Both the position numbers and the translations under genes were made by a program. Below are positions 37,379 through 49,721 of a DNA stretch of 64,000 nucleotides, in pieces. The notes beneath the pieces are model-generated. The model saw only the letters and a list, made by a program, of their open reading frames with translations. It had not been told where the DNA came from and made no database searches. Location of the stretch: assembly GCA_903813345.2 (NCBI GenBank), contig CAIIXF020000001.1:14074001-14138000 (forward strand), given 5' to 3'. Within the stretch, counting starts at the first letter, position 1. The number at the start of each line of letters is the position of its first letter. The DNA comes from Owenia fusiformis (lineage: Eukaryota).

Positions 37379-40300
37379 CATTACTGCCATCCACTACTGC
37401 CATTACTGCCATCCACTACTGCCATTACTGCCATCCACTACTGCCATTCATTACTGCCATTACTGCCATCCACTACTGCCATTACTGCCATCCACTACTG
37501 CCATTACTGCCATCCACTACTACCATTCATTACTGCCATTACTACCATTCACTACTGCCATTACTGCCATCCACTACTGCCATTACTGCCATCCACTACT
37601 GCCATCCACTACTGCCATTACTGCCATCCACTACTGCCATTACTGCCATCCACTACTGCCATTCATTACTGCCATTACTGCCATCCACTACTGCCATTAC
37701 TGCCATCCACTACTGCCATTACTGCCATCCACTACTACCATTCATTACTGCCATTACTACCATTCACTACTACCATTACTGCCATCCACTACTGCCATTA
37801 CTGCCATCCACTACTGCCATTACTGCCATCCACTACTGCCATTACTGCCACCCACTACTGCCATTACTGCCATCCACTACTGCCATTACTGCCATCCACT
37901 ACTACCATTCATTACTGCCATTACTACCATCCACTACTGCCATTACTGCCATCCACTACTGCCATTACTGCCATCCACTACTGCCATTCATTACTGCCAT
38001 TACTGCCATCCACTACTGCCATTACTGCCATCCACTACTGCCATTACTGCCATCCACTACTGCCATTACTGCCATCCACTACTACCATTTATTACTGCCA
38101 TTACTACCATTCACTACTGCCATTACTGCCATCCACTACTGCCATTACTGCCATCCACTACTGCCATTACTACCATTCACTACTGCCATTACTGCCATCC
38201 ACTACTGCCATTACTGCCATCCACTACTGCCATTACTACCATTCACTACTGCCATTACTGCCATCCACTACTGCCATCCACTACTGCCATTCATTACTGC
38301 CATTACTGCCATCCACTACTGCCATTACTGCCATCCACTACTGCCATCCACTACTGCCATTCATTACTGTCATTCACTACTGCCATCCACTACTACCATT
38401 ACTGCCATTACTGCTATTCACTACTGCCATTACTGCCATCCACTACTGCCATTACTGCCATCCACTACTACCATTCATTACTGCCATTACTACCATTCAC
38501 TACTGCCATTACTGTCATCCACTACTGCCATTCATTATTGCCATTCAATACTGCCATTACTGCCATCCACTACTGCCATTCATTACTGCCATTACTGCCA
38601 TTCACTACTGCCGTTACTGCCATTCACTACTGCAATTACTGCCATCCACTACTGCCATTCATTACTGCCATTACTGCCATCCACTACTGCCATTACTGCC
38701 ATCCACTACTGCCATTACTGCCATCCACTACTACCATTCATTACTGCCATTACTACCATTCACTACTACCATTACTGCCATCCACTACTGCCATTACTGC
38801 CATCCACTACTGCCATTACTGCCATCCACTACTGCCATTACTGCCACCCACTACTGCCATTACTGCCATCCACTACTGCCATTACTGCCATCCACTACTA
38901 CCATTCATTACTGCCATTACTACCATCCACTACTGCCATTACTGCCATCCACTACTGCCATTACTGCCATCCACTACTGCCATTCATTACTGCCATTACT
39001 GCCATCCACTACTGCCATTACTGCCATCCACTACTGCCATTACTGCCATCCACTACTGCCATTACTGCCATCCACTACTACCATTTATTACTGCCATTAC
39101 TACCATTCACTACTGCCATTACTGCCATCCACTACTGCCATTACTGCCATCCACTACTGCCATTACTACCATTCACTACTGCCATTACTGCCATCCACTA
39201 CTGCCATTACTGCCATCCACTACTGCCATTACTACCATTCACTACTGCCATTACTGCCATCCACTACTGCCATCCACTACTGCCATTCATTACTGCCATT
39301 ACTGCCATCCACTACTGCCATTACTGCCATCCACTACTGCCATCCACTACTGCCATTCATTACTGTCATTCACTACTGCCATCCACTACTACCATTACTG
39401 CCATTACTGCTATTCACTACTGCCATTACTGCCATCCACTACTGCCATTACTGCCATCCACTACTACCATTCATTACTGCCATTACTACCATTCACTACT
39501 GCCATTACTGTCATCCACTACTGCCATTCATTATTGCCATTCAATACTGCCATTACTGCCATCCACTACTGCCATTCATTACTGCCATTACTGCCATTCA
39601 CTACTGCCGTTACTGCCATTCACTACTGCAATTACTGCCATCCACTACTGCCATTCATTACTGCCATCCACTACTGCCATTACTGCCATCCACTACTGCC
39701 ATTACTGCCATCCACTACTGCCATTCATTACTGCCATTACTGCCATTCACTACTGCCATTACTGCCATTCATTGCTGTCATTCACTACTGCCATTACTGC
39801 CATTCACTACTGCCATTATTGCCATCCACTACTGCCATTACCGCCATCCACTATTGCCATCACTGCCATTCACTACTGCAATTACTGCCATCCACTACTG
39901 CCATTACTGCCATTCACTACTGCCATTACTGCCATCCACTACTGCCATCCACTACTGCCATTACTGCCATCCACTACTGCCATTCATTACTGCCATTACT
40001 GCCATTCACTTCTGCCATTACTGCCATCCACTACTGCCATTACTGCCATTCACTACTGCCATTACTGCCATCCACTACTGCCATTCATTACTGCCATTAC
40101 TGCCATTCATTACTGCCATTACTGCCATTCACTACTGCCATTACTGCCATCCACTACTGCCATTACTGCCATCCACTACTGCCATTACTGCCATCCACTA
40201 CTGCCATTCATTACTGCCATTACTGCCATTCACTACTGCCATTACTGCCATCCACTACTGCCATTACTGCCATTCACTACTGCCATTACTGCCATCCACT

Positions 40301-40720
40301 ACTGCCATTCATTACTGCCATTACTGCCATCCACTACTGCCATTACTGCCATCCACTACTGCCATTACTGCCATCCACTACTGCCATTACTGCCATCCAC
40401 TACTGCCATTCATTACTGCCATTACTGCCATTCACTACTGCCATTACTGCCATCCACTACTGCCATTACTGCCATTTACTACTGCCATTACTGCCATCCA
40501 CTACTGCCATTCATTACTGCCATTACTGCCATCCACTACTGCCATTACTGCCATCCACTACTGCCATTCATTACTGCCATTACTGCCATCCACTACTGCC
40601 ATTACTGCCATCCACTACTGCCATTATTGCCATCCACTACTGCCATTACTGCCATTCATTACTGCCATTACTGCCATTATTGCCATCCACTACTGCCATT
40701 ACCGCCATCCACTATTGCCA
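37379..40720. repeat. 3.3-kb satellite of 9-bp (CCATTACTG) and 13-bp (CCATCCACTACTG) units
   Basis: Direct reading. Lies in the neuropeptide gene intron. Confidence 0.98.
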
Positions 40721-40944
40721 ACAAAATTGTACTGAAGCATGATTCTGAACATGGGCTGATTTATTTCTTCAAAGACTTCTTAGAAAATGTAATGGTTTGA
40801 AAATGAGATCATGCCAGGAATCGCTTTGATAATGTTTCTTTATATCGTCTTCAACTTGATAAAGAATTACCAAAGCTCATCAAGAATGGACGATCTTGCA
40901 AAGGTACTCAAGTAAGAGCCTCTACTGATGTCTCAACATCATAT

Positions 40945-41756
40945 CAATGATGCTATTGACCAGTTTTGGCCAATAATAAGGGCTACAATTGATCAAAATG
41001 ATGGATATATTGAACATCTGTTTATGAAGTTGACAAGTTTTTGAAAAACCGTTTTGAAACAAAAATGACGTCATTTGTATTATGGCCGCTGTTGACATAA
41101 ATTTGAACTTATAGAAAAATCAAAAATAACTAGATTGGTGAAATTGAACAAGTTTAATTCAAGGTTCCAGATTCAGGTTTTTCATTTAAAAACAATTTTG
41201 ATCTGATATTGATGAGAAAATGAGAAAGAAAATGTATATGATCTGTTCTTCACAAGTTAAAAATATGAACAGTAGTGTGGTAATTTCGAAAATTACGAAA
41301 ATGACCTCGATTTTGGCCTTGACCTTTGAAACTCAAAACTTTGAGTCCTTTTTAAGGTCCTTTAATATTAACTTCTTTTAAAGTCAAAATAAAGATTTTT
41401 GAAATAGCACTTTTTTACTTTTAAAGATCAAAGAAGGTCAACCGGAAGTCGGATCTCATTTTCGATTTCAGATTCGGAATTCTGAGCAAATTTCTTAAAA
41501 TTGTTAACATTTCCATCGAGACATAGTGAGCGAAATGTTTAAAATACTTAAAGGAACTTAAAAAATTATATATTGCAAGAAATATCGAAAATGGAAATTT
41601 ATGAAAATGAAAAAAAATTGACCTAGATTTTGACCTTTGACCGAGATAAAAATTTGACCTAATTTCCGAGTAGGCCAGTTACATACCATAACTGACCATA
41701 TAAAAAAAATTTCAGTCTATTAGTTACTGAAAAAACGTCATTTTTGGACCACCCTG
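40945..41756 (+). mobile_element. Tc1/mariner 3' remnant (same family as 9742) with an apparently interrupted TIR
   Basis: Transposase tail at 40945-41030. Subterminal sequence stops at ...TATTATGG (~41085) and TGGACCACCCTG|TA resumes at 41745-41758. Confidence 0.55.
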
Positions 41757-41896
41757 TATATTTAATTTTCTGGCGTTACGATGTGTAGTTTATCCTAGAG
41801 TTGATTCAGTTTGTATGTATTTTAACAGGTTGCCCCTTGTATTTTTTCTTTCAATATATACATATTACATTGCATTATCCTTTAATATACTTGTAG

Positions 41897-42430
41897 GATA
41901 ACTTGGACACACCTCTCACTGATAGCCAAGAAGAATCCTCAGAGACTAATGATTATGAAAATGAGTTGGAAATGCCTAAAAACGAAATCAGTAAAAGGGA
42001 TCTTCTGCGGACTAAAGTGATCGACCTTATGAAGAGAAAATTCTACGCGATGCGTGGTAAAAAGAACACAATTGACTATGTAAAGAGAAAATTCTACGCA
42101 ACTCGTGGAAAAAAAGATGACAGATATAGCAAGAGAAAGTTCTACGCTACACGTGGTAAAAAGGATTTCGAGGATTATATTGGAAAAAGCCCATTTTATG
42201 CAGCACGAGATCAAAGTGATTATGATGACAATATCATAAAGAGAAAATTTAACGCAATGCGTGGTAAAAGGAGTTCATATTCTGTGGACTCGGAATATCC
42301 ACCGTCATGGAGATGGAACCAAGTTCAACAACCAACATACAAAAGAGAATTTTATCCCTTGAGTGTGGGCAATGAAATTATTGATAAACGTGGTGTACCG
42401 AGAGGTTACGTAGCGACTCATGGGAGATGA
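41897..42430 (+). CDS. Tachykinin-related neuropeptide precursor, peptide-bearing last coding exon
   Basis: Acceptor ttgtag|GAT. Dibasic-flanked, Gly-extended repeats KR-KFYAMRG-KK, KR-KFYATRG-KK (x2) and KR-KFNAMRG-KR with acidic spacers. Stop TGA at 42428-42430. Confidence 0.92.
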   Translation, partial: DNLDTPLTDSQEESSETNDYENELEMPKNEISKRDLLRTKVIDLMKRKFYAMRGKKNTIDYVKRKFYATRGKKDDRYSKRKFYATRGKKDFEDYIGKSPFYAARDQSDYDDNIIKRKFNAMRGKRSSYSVDSEYPPSWRWNQVQQPTYKREFYPLSVGNEIIDKRGVPRGYVATHGR

Positions 42431-43254
42431 AAAAGGAGAAAACATGGAAAAATGTCAAATGATGTAATTAATTATTCTATTCCAAGAGCAAATTTATATC
42501 TCACAGTCTAATGGATAAAAAATTAATGAATCTAAATACTGTGTAATATTGTCAAATCTATCGTTCAATTACATTCGGGTGGGTGCTAGAAAGAAATTTG
42601 TCGACAGGCAAGATATTGACTATGTCTTGAGTATGGTTCAGTTGAGTCCCGAGGAGATTGGGGCTGATCATACAATGTACTCATTAAAGGAGATGAGCAG
42701 ATATCCGATTAAAGAAACGATGCAAATTCTATCCATTTGCAAAGAAGAACTGAGTGGACATAGTATAAGAATGGTTTATGACGAGACCTTCACGGCTATG
42801 TAATTACTGCGTACTTACTAAATCACAATTAAATTAATTGTGTATAGTACTATGTAGTTATTTTCCCGTTTTCTGTCTATGTAATATTATTTAATGAGGG
42901 AAGTCAGGTTCTCACTTTGAGCTCCATAAAGAGAGCAAAAGGTCCAGCAATTATCACATGTAAGGTAATAACTAATAACGTAAGCCATGTCCCATTTTAT
43001 TTTTCTTCCTTACAGAGGTAAATCAGATGGGGGAGTAATATTTGGAGAGTTGGAATATGTTAAAGATGCAGTATACCATAGGTTTCTCGCCCAGACAATC
43101 AATGATGTCCCATTATTATTGCTCATATAATATCTCACATACCATGTATATATCTTGAGAATAACTTATGAGTATATATTATTGCCGAAATATTGAAATA
43201 ATCAACAGAACAACCAACTTTCAGTAAAATTTAAAAATAATCGATTCTTGGCTA

Positions 43255-43410
43255 CCAATGGGAATCCCCGTTGAGTCACACAAGCGCCCACACGCGCCTT
43301 GAACCAGGCAGCCAATCAGGTTCAAGATAAAAAATTCAACAACCAATCAGATAACAGGGGGATTTTCCCGGTGTATTCAAACTTCAGATTGGATTAATTT
43401 CCGCGAAAAT
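43255..43410. promoter_or_regulatory. Promoter/enhancer-like motif cluster (kappaB-like x2, AP-1, CCAAT x4)
   Basis: GGGAATCCCC at 43260, TGAGTCA at 43272, CCAAT at 43255/43312/43343, ATTGG at ~43388, GGGATTTTCC at 43359. Locally GC/CpG-richer. Confidence 0.45.
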
Positions 43411-44758
43411 AATTAGATGGGTCAGTACAGTCTTGATTGTGCTATCTTATTATGGTATAGAGTCTCTTTAACAAAATTTTAATATTCTCAGAAACTTTAT
43501 TTTATATCTATGTCCATCACATAGAATGAATACAATGTTGATGTGATATGCTTTGAAGTGTTGTCATTTAAGACATTGTAATAAATAAGAAAATGAAGTT
43601 TTGGCTCTCCAAGTAGTGCTTAAAAAGAGTGGCTGGAAATAGCAAGCATACATCAATCACTTCAGCTTCATTCGTTTTAGCTTCGAATGTCCGTTTAAAG
43701 TTTAAGTTTAGAATTCGAATGTTCGCCAATGTGGCACGAATCTGAGTCTCGTCGAGAATGGGTCAATGTATCAAGCCATCATCTTGAGATCCCTTCATCG
43801 AAGAACGATGCTCACGTACATTGATTGAAAGAAAATTAATCAAAGATTCCAAATAGAACTTTAAAATAAATATTATTCTCTGTTTTGGCAAAGCAGGTGA
43901 TTGTCAAAATATACTAACAATGTTAAAAGTTTTATGGTCAACTGATTATCTCAATGTATGAACCTGTTTTATGTTTATTTTTAATTATTGTATTCAAACA
44001 TTTATTACAAAGTTTTGATTAATGTAAAATTTCCGGAGTTTCAAACGTATCAAACAATAAAATGTGATGATGATGTCATTTCGTGTTATATGTTTGTCTG
44101 TTAATAGGAATGTAAATGATCAATAGTGAAGGTTTTAGAAATATGCCCTGGTAAACAGTAACCATCAGAAGACAGACATTATTCTTGGAGTACCCGATAA
44201 TAAAACACTAAATCATATATACTAGTGCAAAATATATATTTATGTTTCCAAATGTTTAGGATATAATCTCAATATTGAAGAATTGATAAGGTTAACAGTA
44301 CTAAAAAACATAGAAGAAAATATTGTACGGAAAGATGCAAGAAAGATACAGATGCATCAAGCTAAATGGGACACCATAGTAAAAACATATCAGTCCACAT
44401 ATATCCATGCTAAATTGATAGGAAAGTGATACTAAACTTGTTATTATAGAACTTCCATTTACCTGATTTTGAATTTTTATGTACACAGGTTTTTATTGTA
44501 TTTTGAATAAATAAAAAAAATAGTGAAGGAAAGCAGAGAAGAATATTTTGGGGGCATCATTGGTTTTTCTAGGATTCCGCTTGGTCTATCTAAAGAGAGT
44601 TAATTTTACTAATTCATCCGTAATAGTCACTTGTCATCATCCAGTCTGCTACCTTAAAGACCCCGTGAAAAGTTTGATATATAGTTTAATTATAAAAATA
44701 TTACTTTTCATGACTTGAAAATCCAATTGAGACACTTTTTGAAAAATATGACTTTTAA

Positions 44759-44835
44759 TACCCTTTGCATTTGTTCGACTTCACTTCTTAAAAGGGAGCT
44801 TCATCTTCGTTAATAACTAGACTGCACGCAGGCTA
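44759..44835. mobile_element. ~80-bp mini-element family, copy 3 (9-bp TSD)
   Basis: TACCCT...AGGCTA. Flanks GACTTTTAA / GACTTTAAA. Confidence 0.75.
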
Positions 44836-46149
44836 GACTTTAAAAAAAGTCGTTCATTTTATATTTTTGAATTTCCCGCCATTTTAAAAACAAAAATTTA
44901 GATTTTTAGATATTCAAATACAACACAACACTGTCAAACACATTTTTTTCTCTGTGCCAATTAACAGATTTAGGCAATAGTCATATTATTTCAACCATTA
45001 AATCTTTGATTGTATGCATGTGTAAACTTTTAAAGCATCTAAAAAGACTAGTGATTTCACGATGAAAATAAGTTTTAGGCTAGGCCTATAATAAAAGCCA
45101 AAGTGATCAAAACTTTATATGGGGCCTTTAAGAAGATCAAAAACAAATGATTAATACCTGAAAAAACGACCCATTTTTAGAATTCCCCACTTAACCCTCG
45201 AGGAAATACATCAATCTTTCCACGTAAATATCCATCGGGAAACAAGATATATTTCTCAAGTAAGGGACTGTTAAATTGGGCTGTCAAAATCCTTACCCTG
45301 GACTAACCTAGTTAGTCAATTCCCCCACCCTGGGAAATTGACCCTGGTCAAATATAGTCCAAATTCAAAGGTCCCAGCTCCAGAGACGAAGAACTATGTC
45401 GAACTCCTATACTGCGTGTCTAGTCCAATTGCAAGGTTGGAGTTAGCCTCATATCGTTTCTTTTCTTTTGAAATATCCTTGACTTTTTTTTAATGGACGA
45501 GACCATGTATAATGTTTTCTAGATCCGGATTTTTTCTGTTAACAATTAGTTCGCATTTGGGAAATTTGTAAATATGATTACATTTATTTGCGTCATTACT
45601 GTCGCTACTGAAAGAGATAAATCACCGTGGCGTGTCGCCAAGAATCATTACCGTTAATGAGAGTTTTGTATTTTCCTATGACACCTTGTATTCTCTAATG
45701 GATATAGTATATATAAAATACATGTATGCAAAGATATCCTATTCACACATACCTTTGGGTGGAAATTGTAATTAATACCTCAAAAGCAGTTTATTTTGTT
45801 TTTGATTAATGTAAATACGGAAAATGGATTTGATATTCATGAAGTGTTTTAAATGAACCCCAATAGTATACTTTTTCATGCAAATATTGAACATACACTC
45901 TAACCACTCATGCATCCCCAATGTACATCCCATCCAAGGACATTGACTGCACTGTACCTAAGGTTGTTTAAATCCTCAAGCTATTATAGTGATCTAATTA
46001 TTGGGTATGCTGTATAAGTTCAAAAATTGTTTATTAGCCTTAGCAATTAAAAAATATAAAAACAATTAGGGTAAAGAAACTAACTTTCAATTGCAAAGAC
46101 AAAATAAACTTCTTATCGCCCAATAAAGAACTAATTGACAATACGGAAA

Positions 46150-46245
46150 TAGATCGAGTGAAATATTTGAACTTATAATTGATGAAAAGCTAAATTGGAA
46201 GGAGCAGATTTACTTTATCAAGTAAAATATATCTAGAAATGTAAA
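46150..46245 (+). mobile_element. CR1/L2-type LINE reverse-transcriptase remnant
   Basis: KYL..IIDEKLNWKEQIYFIK*NISRN resembles 'K.LG..ID..L.WK.HI......SR'. Frameshift and stop present. Confidence 0.6.
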
Positions 46246-46661
46246 ATCTTTCGAAAGTGCATAATTATTGCAACCAAATGCACTGTACTGTTGATTGATT
46301 TATAAACGTTTACCCGTTCGTTCAATCGATGCAATTGACTATTGCCCGTATCACGTTCTCATTGGTTAGTGAGTATGCCATATACCCCAGGTGAATCTGT
46401 CATACAACGCAAGTGAATATGCCATATTCATTGCGGAATATGACATATATCTGTATCGGGTTTACCGCGTAACACACATTAAGAAAAGCGACAAGACGGA
46501 ATCCAAATCTATGACTAACTCACTGACACTCTCGGAGTTTCAATTAATGAAAATGATGGTCGGAAAATACCCTTTCTAGCATACTATGATATCTAACATA
46601 GATTACATAGTGAATTACTTGTACTACTGTAAATGAAGCTTTCTTCAAAAGATGCGAAATC

Positions 46662-47521
46662 CTTGTATTCGCGAATGCAACTAGCGGCTACCGGATTAAA
46701 CTACTTTAAACTATTTTATGACCAACTCATTTAAAGAATAGGTATCGATATGGAGAACTGAATTCAACAATATTTTTCTCTTAAACCAATCATTGAAAAC
46801 ATTCTGTAAAAAACATGGTATTTTATGTAATGTTGACTGTTTGACAACAATTTAATGCGAAAATCATTTAGAAATATTTTATATAACTGTTTCTGTTAAC
46901 ATTTTTGTTTTTTAGTGCAATTGTTTTTGCTCCTTTCCACCAATTCTTGAGAATGAAATAAAATGTCTTTCCGAACCTTGTTGGAACAAATATACCATAT
47001 ACAACATGTTTTTAGACCTCTCAATATTAAAGTTATACAAAGGAATTTTTGGTTGATTTTAAAAAAGTATTCAAAAAATTAAAACAAAATTCCCCCAAAA
47101 TAGATAAAAATCAAGAAAAACCTTTTATTTCATTAACAAGATACTTTTTTAAAATCAACCAAAATTTCCTTTGTACAATTACAATATTGAGAGACCTAAA
47201 CATGTTGTGTTTATGTCGTTTTGTTCCAATGAGGTTCGGAAAGATGTTTCATTTCACTCTGGAAACATGATACCAAGAACAAAACAAGTGTTTGATGTGT
47301 TTTTTAAAACAATATAGATGAAAGTATGTATATCCCTTTCAAATTATATTGTTACCATTCAATATAATTAAGAGAAACGTGTGTTCAAAAAGTTCGCCAT
47401 ATCGATACCCATTCTTTGAATGGAATACTGGCAGGGACTATTCATATTTTTAAATGAGTTGCCTATAAAATAGTAGGTTAATCCGGTAGCCGACAGCCGT
47501 AAGTTGGATTCGTGAATACAA
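46662..47521. mobile_element. ~860-bp degenerate fold-back element
   Basis: Paired blocks GGCTACCGGATTAAAC / GTTTAATCCGGTAGCC, GGTATCGATATGG / CCATATCGATACC, TCTTTCCGAACCT / AGGTTCGGAAAGA and CTCTCAATATT / AATATTGAGAG. Confidence 0.8.
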
Positions 47522-48940
47522 ACTAACATTTGAACATTAGCCAACGAAAACCTACTAGTAATTAGTTTTGCTCTTATAAGTTTGCCTCATTTCAAAGAAC
47601 GCGTATGTTCACATGATTCAGAAAACTACAGCTTCATAAATACTGTATGTCAAACCACATGCCCATTAAATGCTCTTCCATAAGTCTCAGCTGATAACGG
47701 TTTCTCCAAATCATCAAAAACAACCAATATGGTAATTTCCATGATATATAGCATTCATTTCCTCGCGCTGAAACAAGTGTATCATTTTCAGTATCATTCT
47801 TCCCATATTAAGCTCCTAACTCGGTCTTATCATAGAATCCCACTCACTGTCAAATCATATTTTCAGATAAAACATGAGTACATTTAATGTATTTGATGAA
47901 CTGAGGATTGAATTTAACAAGGAGGCTGAAATCATTCTGAGTCAGATCACAAATGATAATATGAAGGAATACAACAAAACGGAAGAAGATTGACTCTAAT
48001 GAGGATCTTTAATGAACTGCCGTGTTTTAAATTCTACCAATGTTTTTCTTAGTTTAATCATCATCTTTCTATTTATCCGAATGTTCATAGTGATGAATCC
48101 ACGCAATAAGAAGTTAACTTAAACGCATGAGGATAATTTGGTAAATGATGAAAGATGTTGTAAACCAACTATATCATTCTATCGCATTCTAATTCAATTG
48201 ACTACTACTGTATTTCAAGGTTTTCAATGTTGCTTCAGATAGTCTAGTCCTAAAATACATTTTATGGTTTCTGTCCTCCAACGCAATGAATAATAAAACA
48301 GTTTTCTCAACAATGAAATTGCGGGGAAAAGGCACGATGAGATTGCATCACTGCAACTGCAACCTGCACTATAATGGGTAACATTTGAAACATTCAGGGC
48401 CATCATGCACCAATGTACGTTTTTATTGTTTATTTATTTCAAAGCCTTTGATGAAAATACATATTTCCAATTCTAATCGGCCGATGGCATTTTAGCAAAA
48501 ATTGAAAATTTTACGGAATACATTGACACATAAGATATACAATAAAGTAGAAGCGGTTGTACTTCTAGAAAAGGATGGGGTTGTCATGGAGAAGCGGCGT
48601 TACACATCATCTCACTGAAAGACTGAAGGAGGGTTACATGTTAGCGGGGATAGAATCTGTCACTTATGATTCGAAATCAATTTTCATGGAGAAGTCAATG
48701 ACACCATTTCAAAATAAGACAAGTACATAAATTTGATTTATGTATTAATTTATGACACCTGGTGCAATTTGTTTACTTTCACACATTGATTTAAGAAGAG
48801 CTGTTGTATTTGGGAAAAGTGTTTCATAGTATAGACATTCTGATTTATGAGTGTCTCTCTTTATCTAAAGCTTGAGAGAGTCTCTCTATTCCGAGGAATA
48901 CTGTAGTAGATACCGTGCATCCCACAATGGTGTATAGGTT

Positions 48941-49498
48941 CAGGGGCGGATCTGGGAACCAACAAGGGGGGGGGGCCTAAAACCCTTAAGTGGGCCCAAA
49001 TTTTGAAATTTTGAGGCCCATTTTCTTCAAAATTTGGTCCATTTTGCCCCATCTTGCCCCATCGAGTCCCATGAGGTCCCATGAGGTCCCATGAAGTAAC
49101 GTGGGACTCGGTGGGACTCGATGGGGCAAAATCCCACGAAGTCCCATGGAGTCCAATCGAGAATGAACATGTTCATTCTTTCCATGGGGCATAGTGGGAT
49201 TTTCGATCATATGACGTGTTGTGTGAAGCCCGGCATACACAAATGGGGTACGGTGGGATTTGATGGGACTCCATGGGGCTTGATGGGACTCCATGGGGCA
49301 CGATGGGCAAAATCATCAAGGTCCCATGGGACTTCGTGGGATTCGATGGGGCAAATTGGGATTCGATGGGGCAAGATGGGACTCGATGGGGCAAGATGGG
49401 ACTCGATGGGGCAAGTGGGATTTTGCCCCATTGGTGTATACCGGGCTTAATGACCAAAAGGCCAAGGGGGGGGGGGGGGCGGTCCAGATCCGCCAGTG
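48941..49498. mobile_element. Nested MITEs: outer CAGGGGCGGATCTGG...CCAGATCCGCCAGTG, inner 49226-49449 with 10-bp periodic repeats
   Basis: Inner TIRs AAGCCCGGCATACACAAATGGGG / CCCCATTGGTGTATACCGGGCTT. ATGGGACTCG / ATGGGGCAAG 10-mers occur in both orientations. Confidence 0.75.
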
Positions 49499-49721
49499 AG
49501 GTTTCACTCAAGTGCAACTGGGACAGTCATTGAAATCCTGTAGAATCATATACATTTAATGTGGCCTTAAATAGCAGCTCGGCTCTTGTTGTTCAAAATA
49601 ATTTCTTATTTCCGGTTTGATTAAGGAAGGTAGGGTGTAACAGGGGATACTTCCTAGCAAACCGGTTTTTGTGCTTTTGAAGTTGTGAAGTGTTTTCTTG
49701 TTTTTCACATCTGGTGGCAAT

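Noticed and set aside
37305-40800. 1145-, 1120- and 342-aa ORFs (HYCHYCHPLLPLLPSTTAITAI repeats)
   Set aside because: All three frames give the same repeat peptide because the satellite lacks stop triplets. It lies in an intron and its unit lengths are not frame-preserving.
48861-49533. Cluster of G/P/W-rich ORFs on both strands
   Set aside because: A by-product of 10-bp GC-rich repeats within MITEs.
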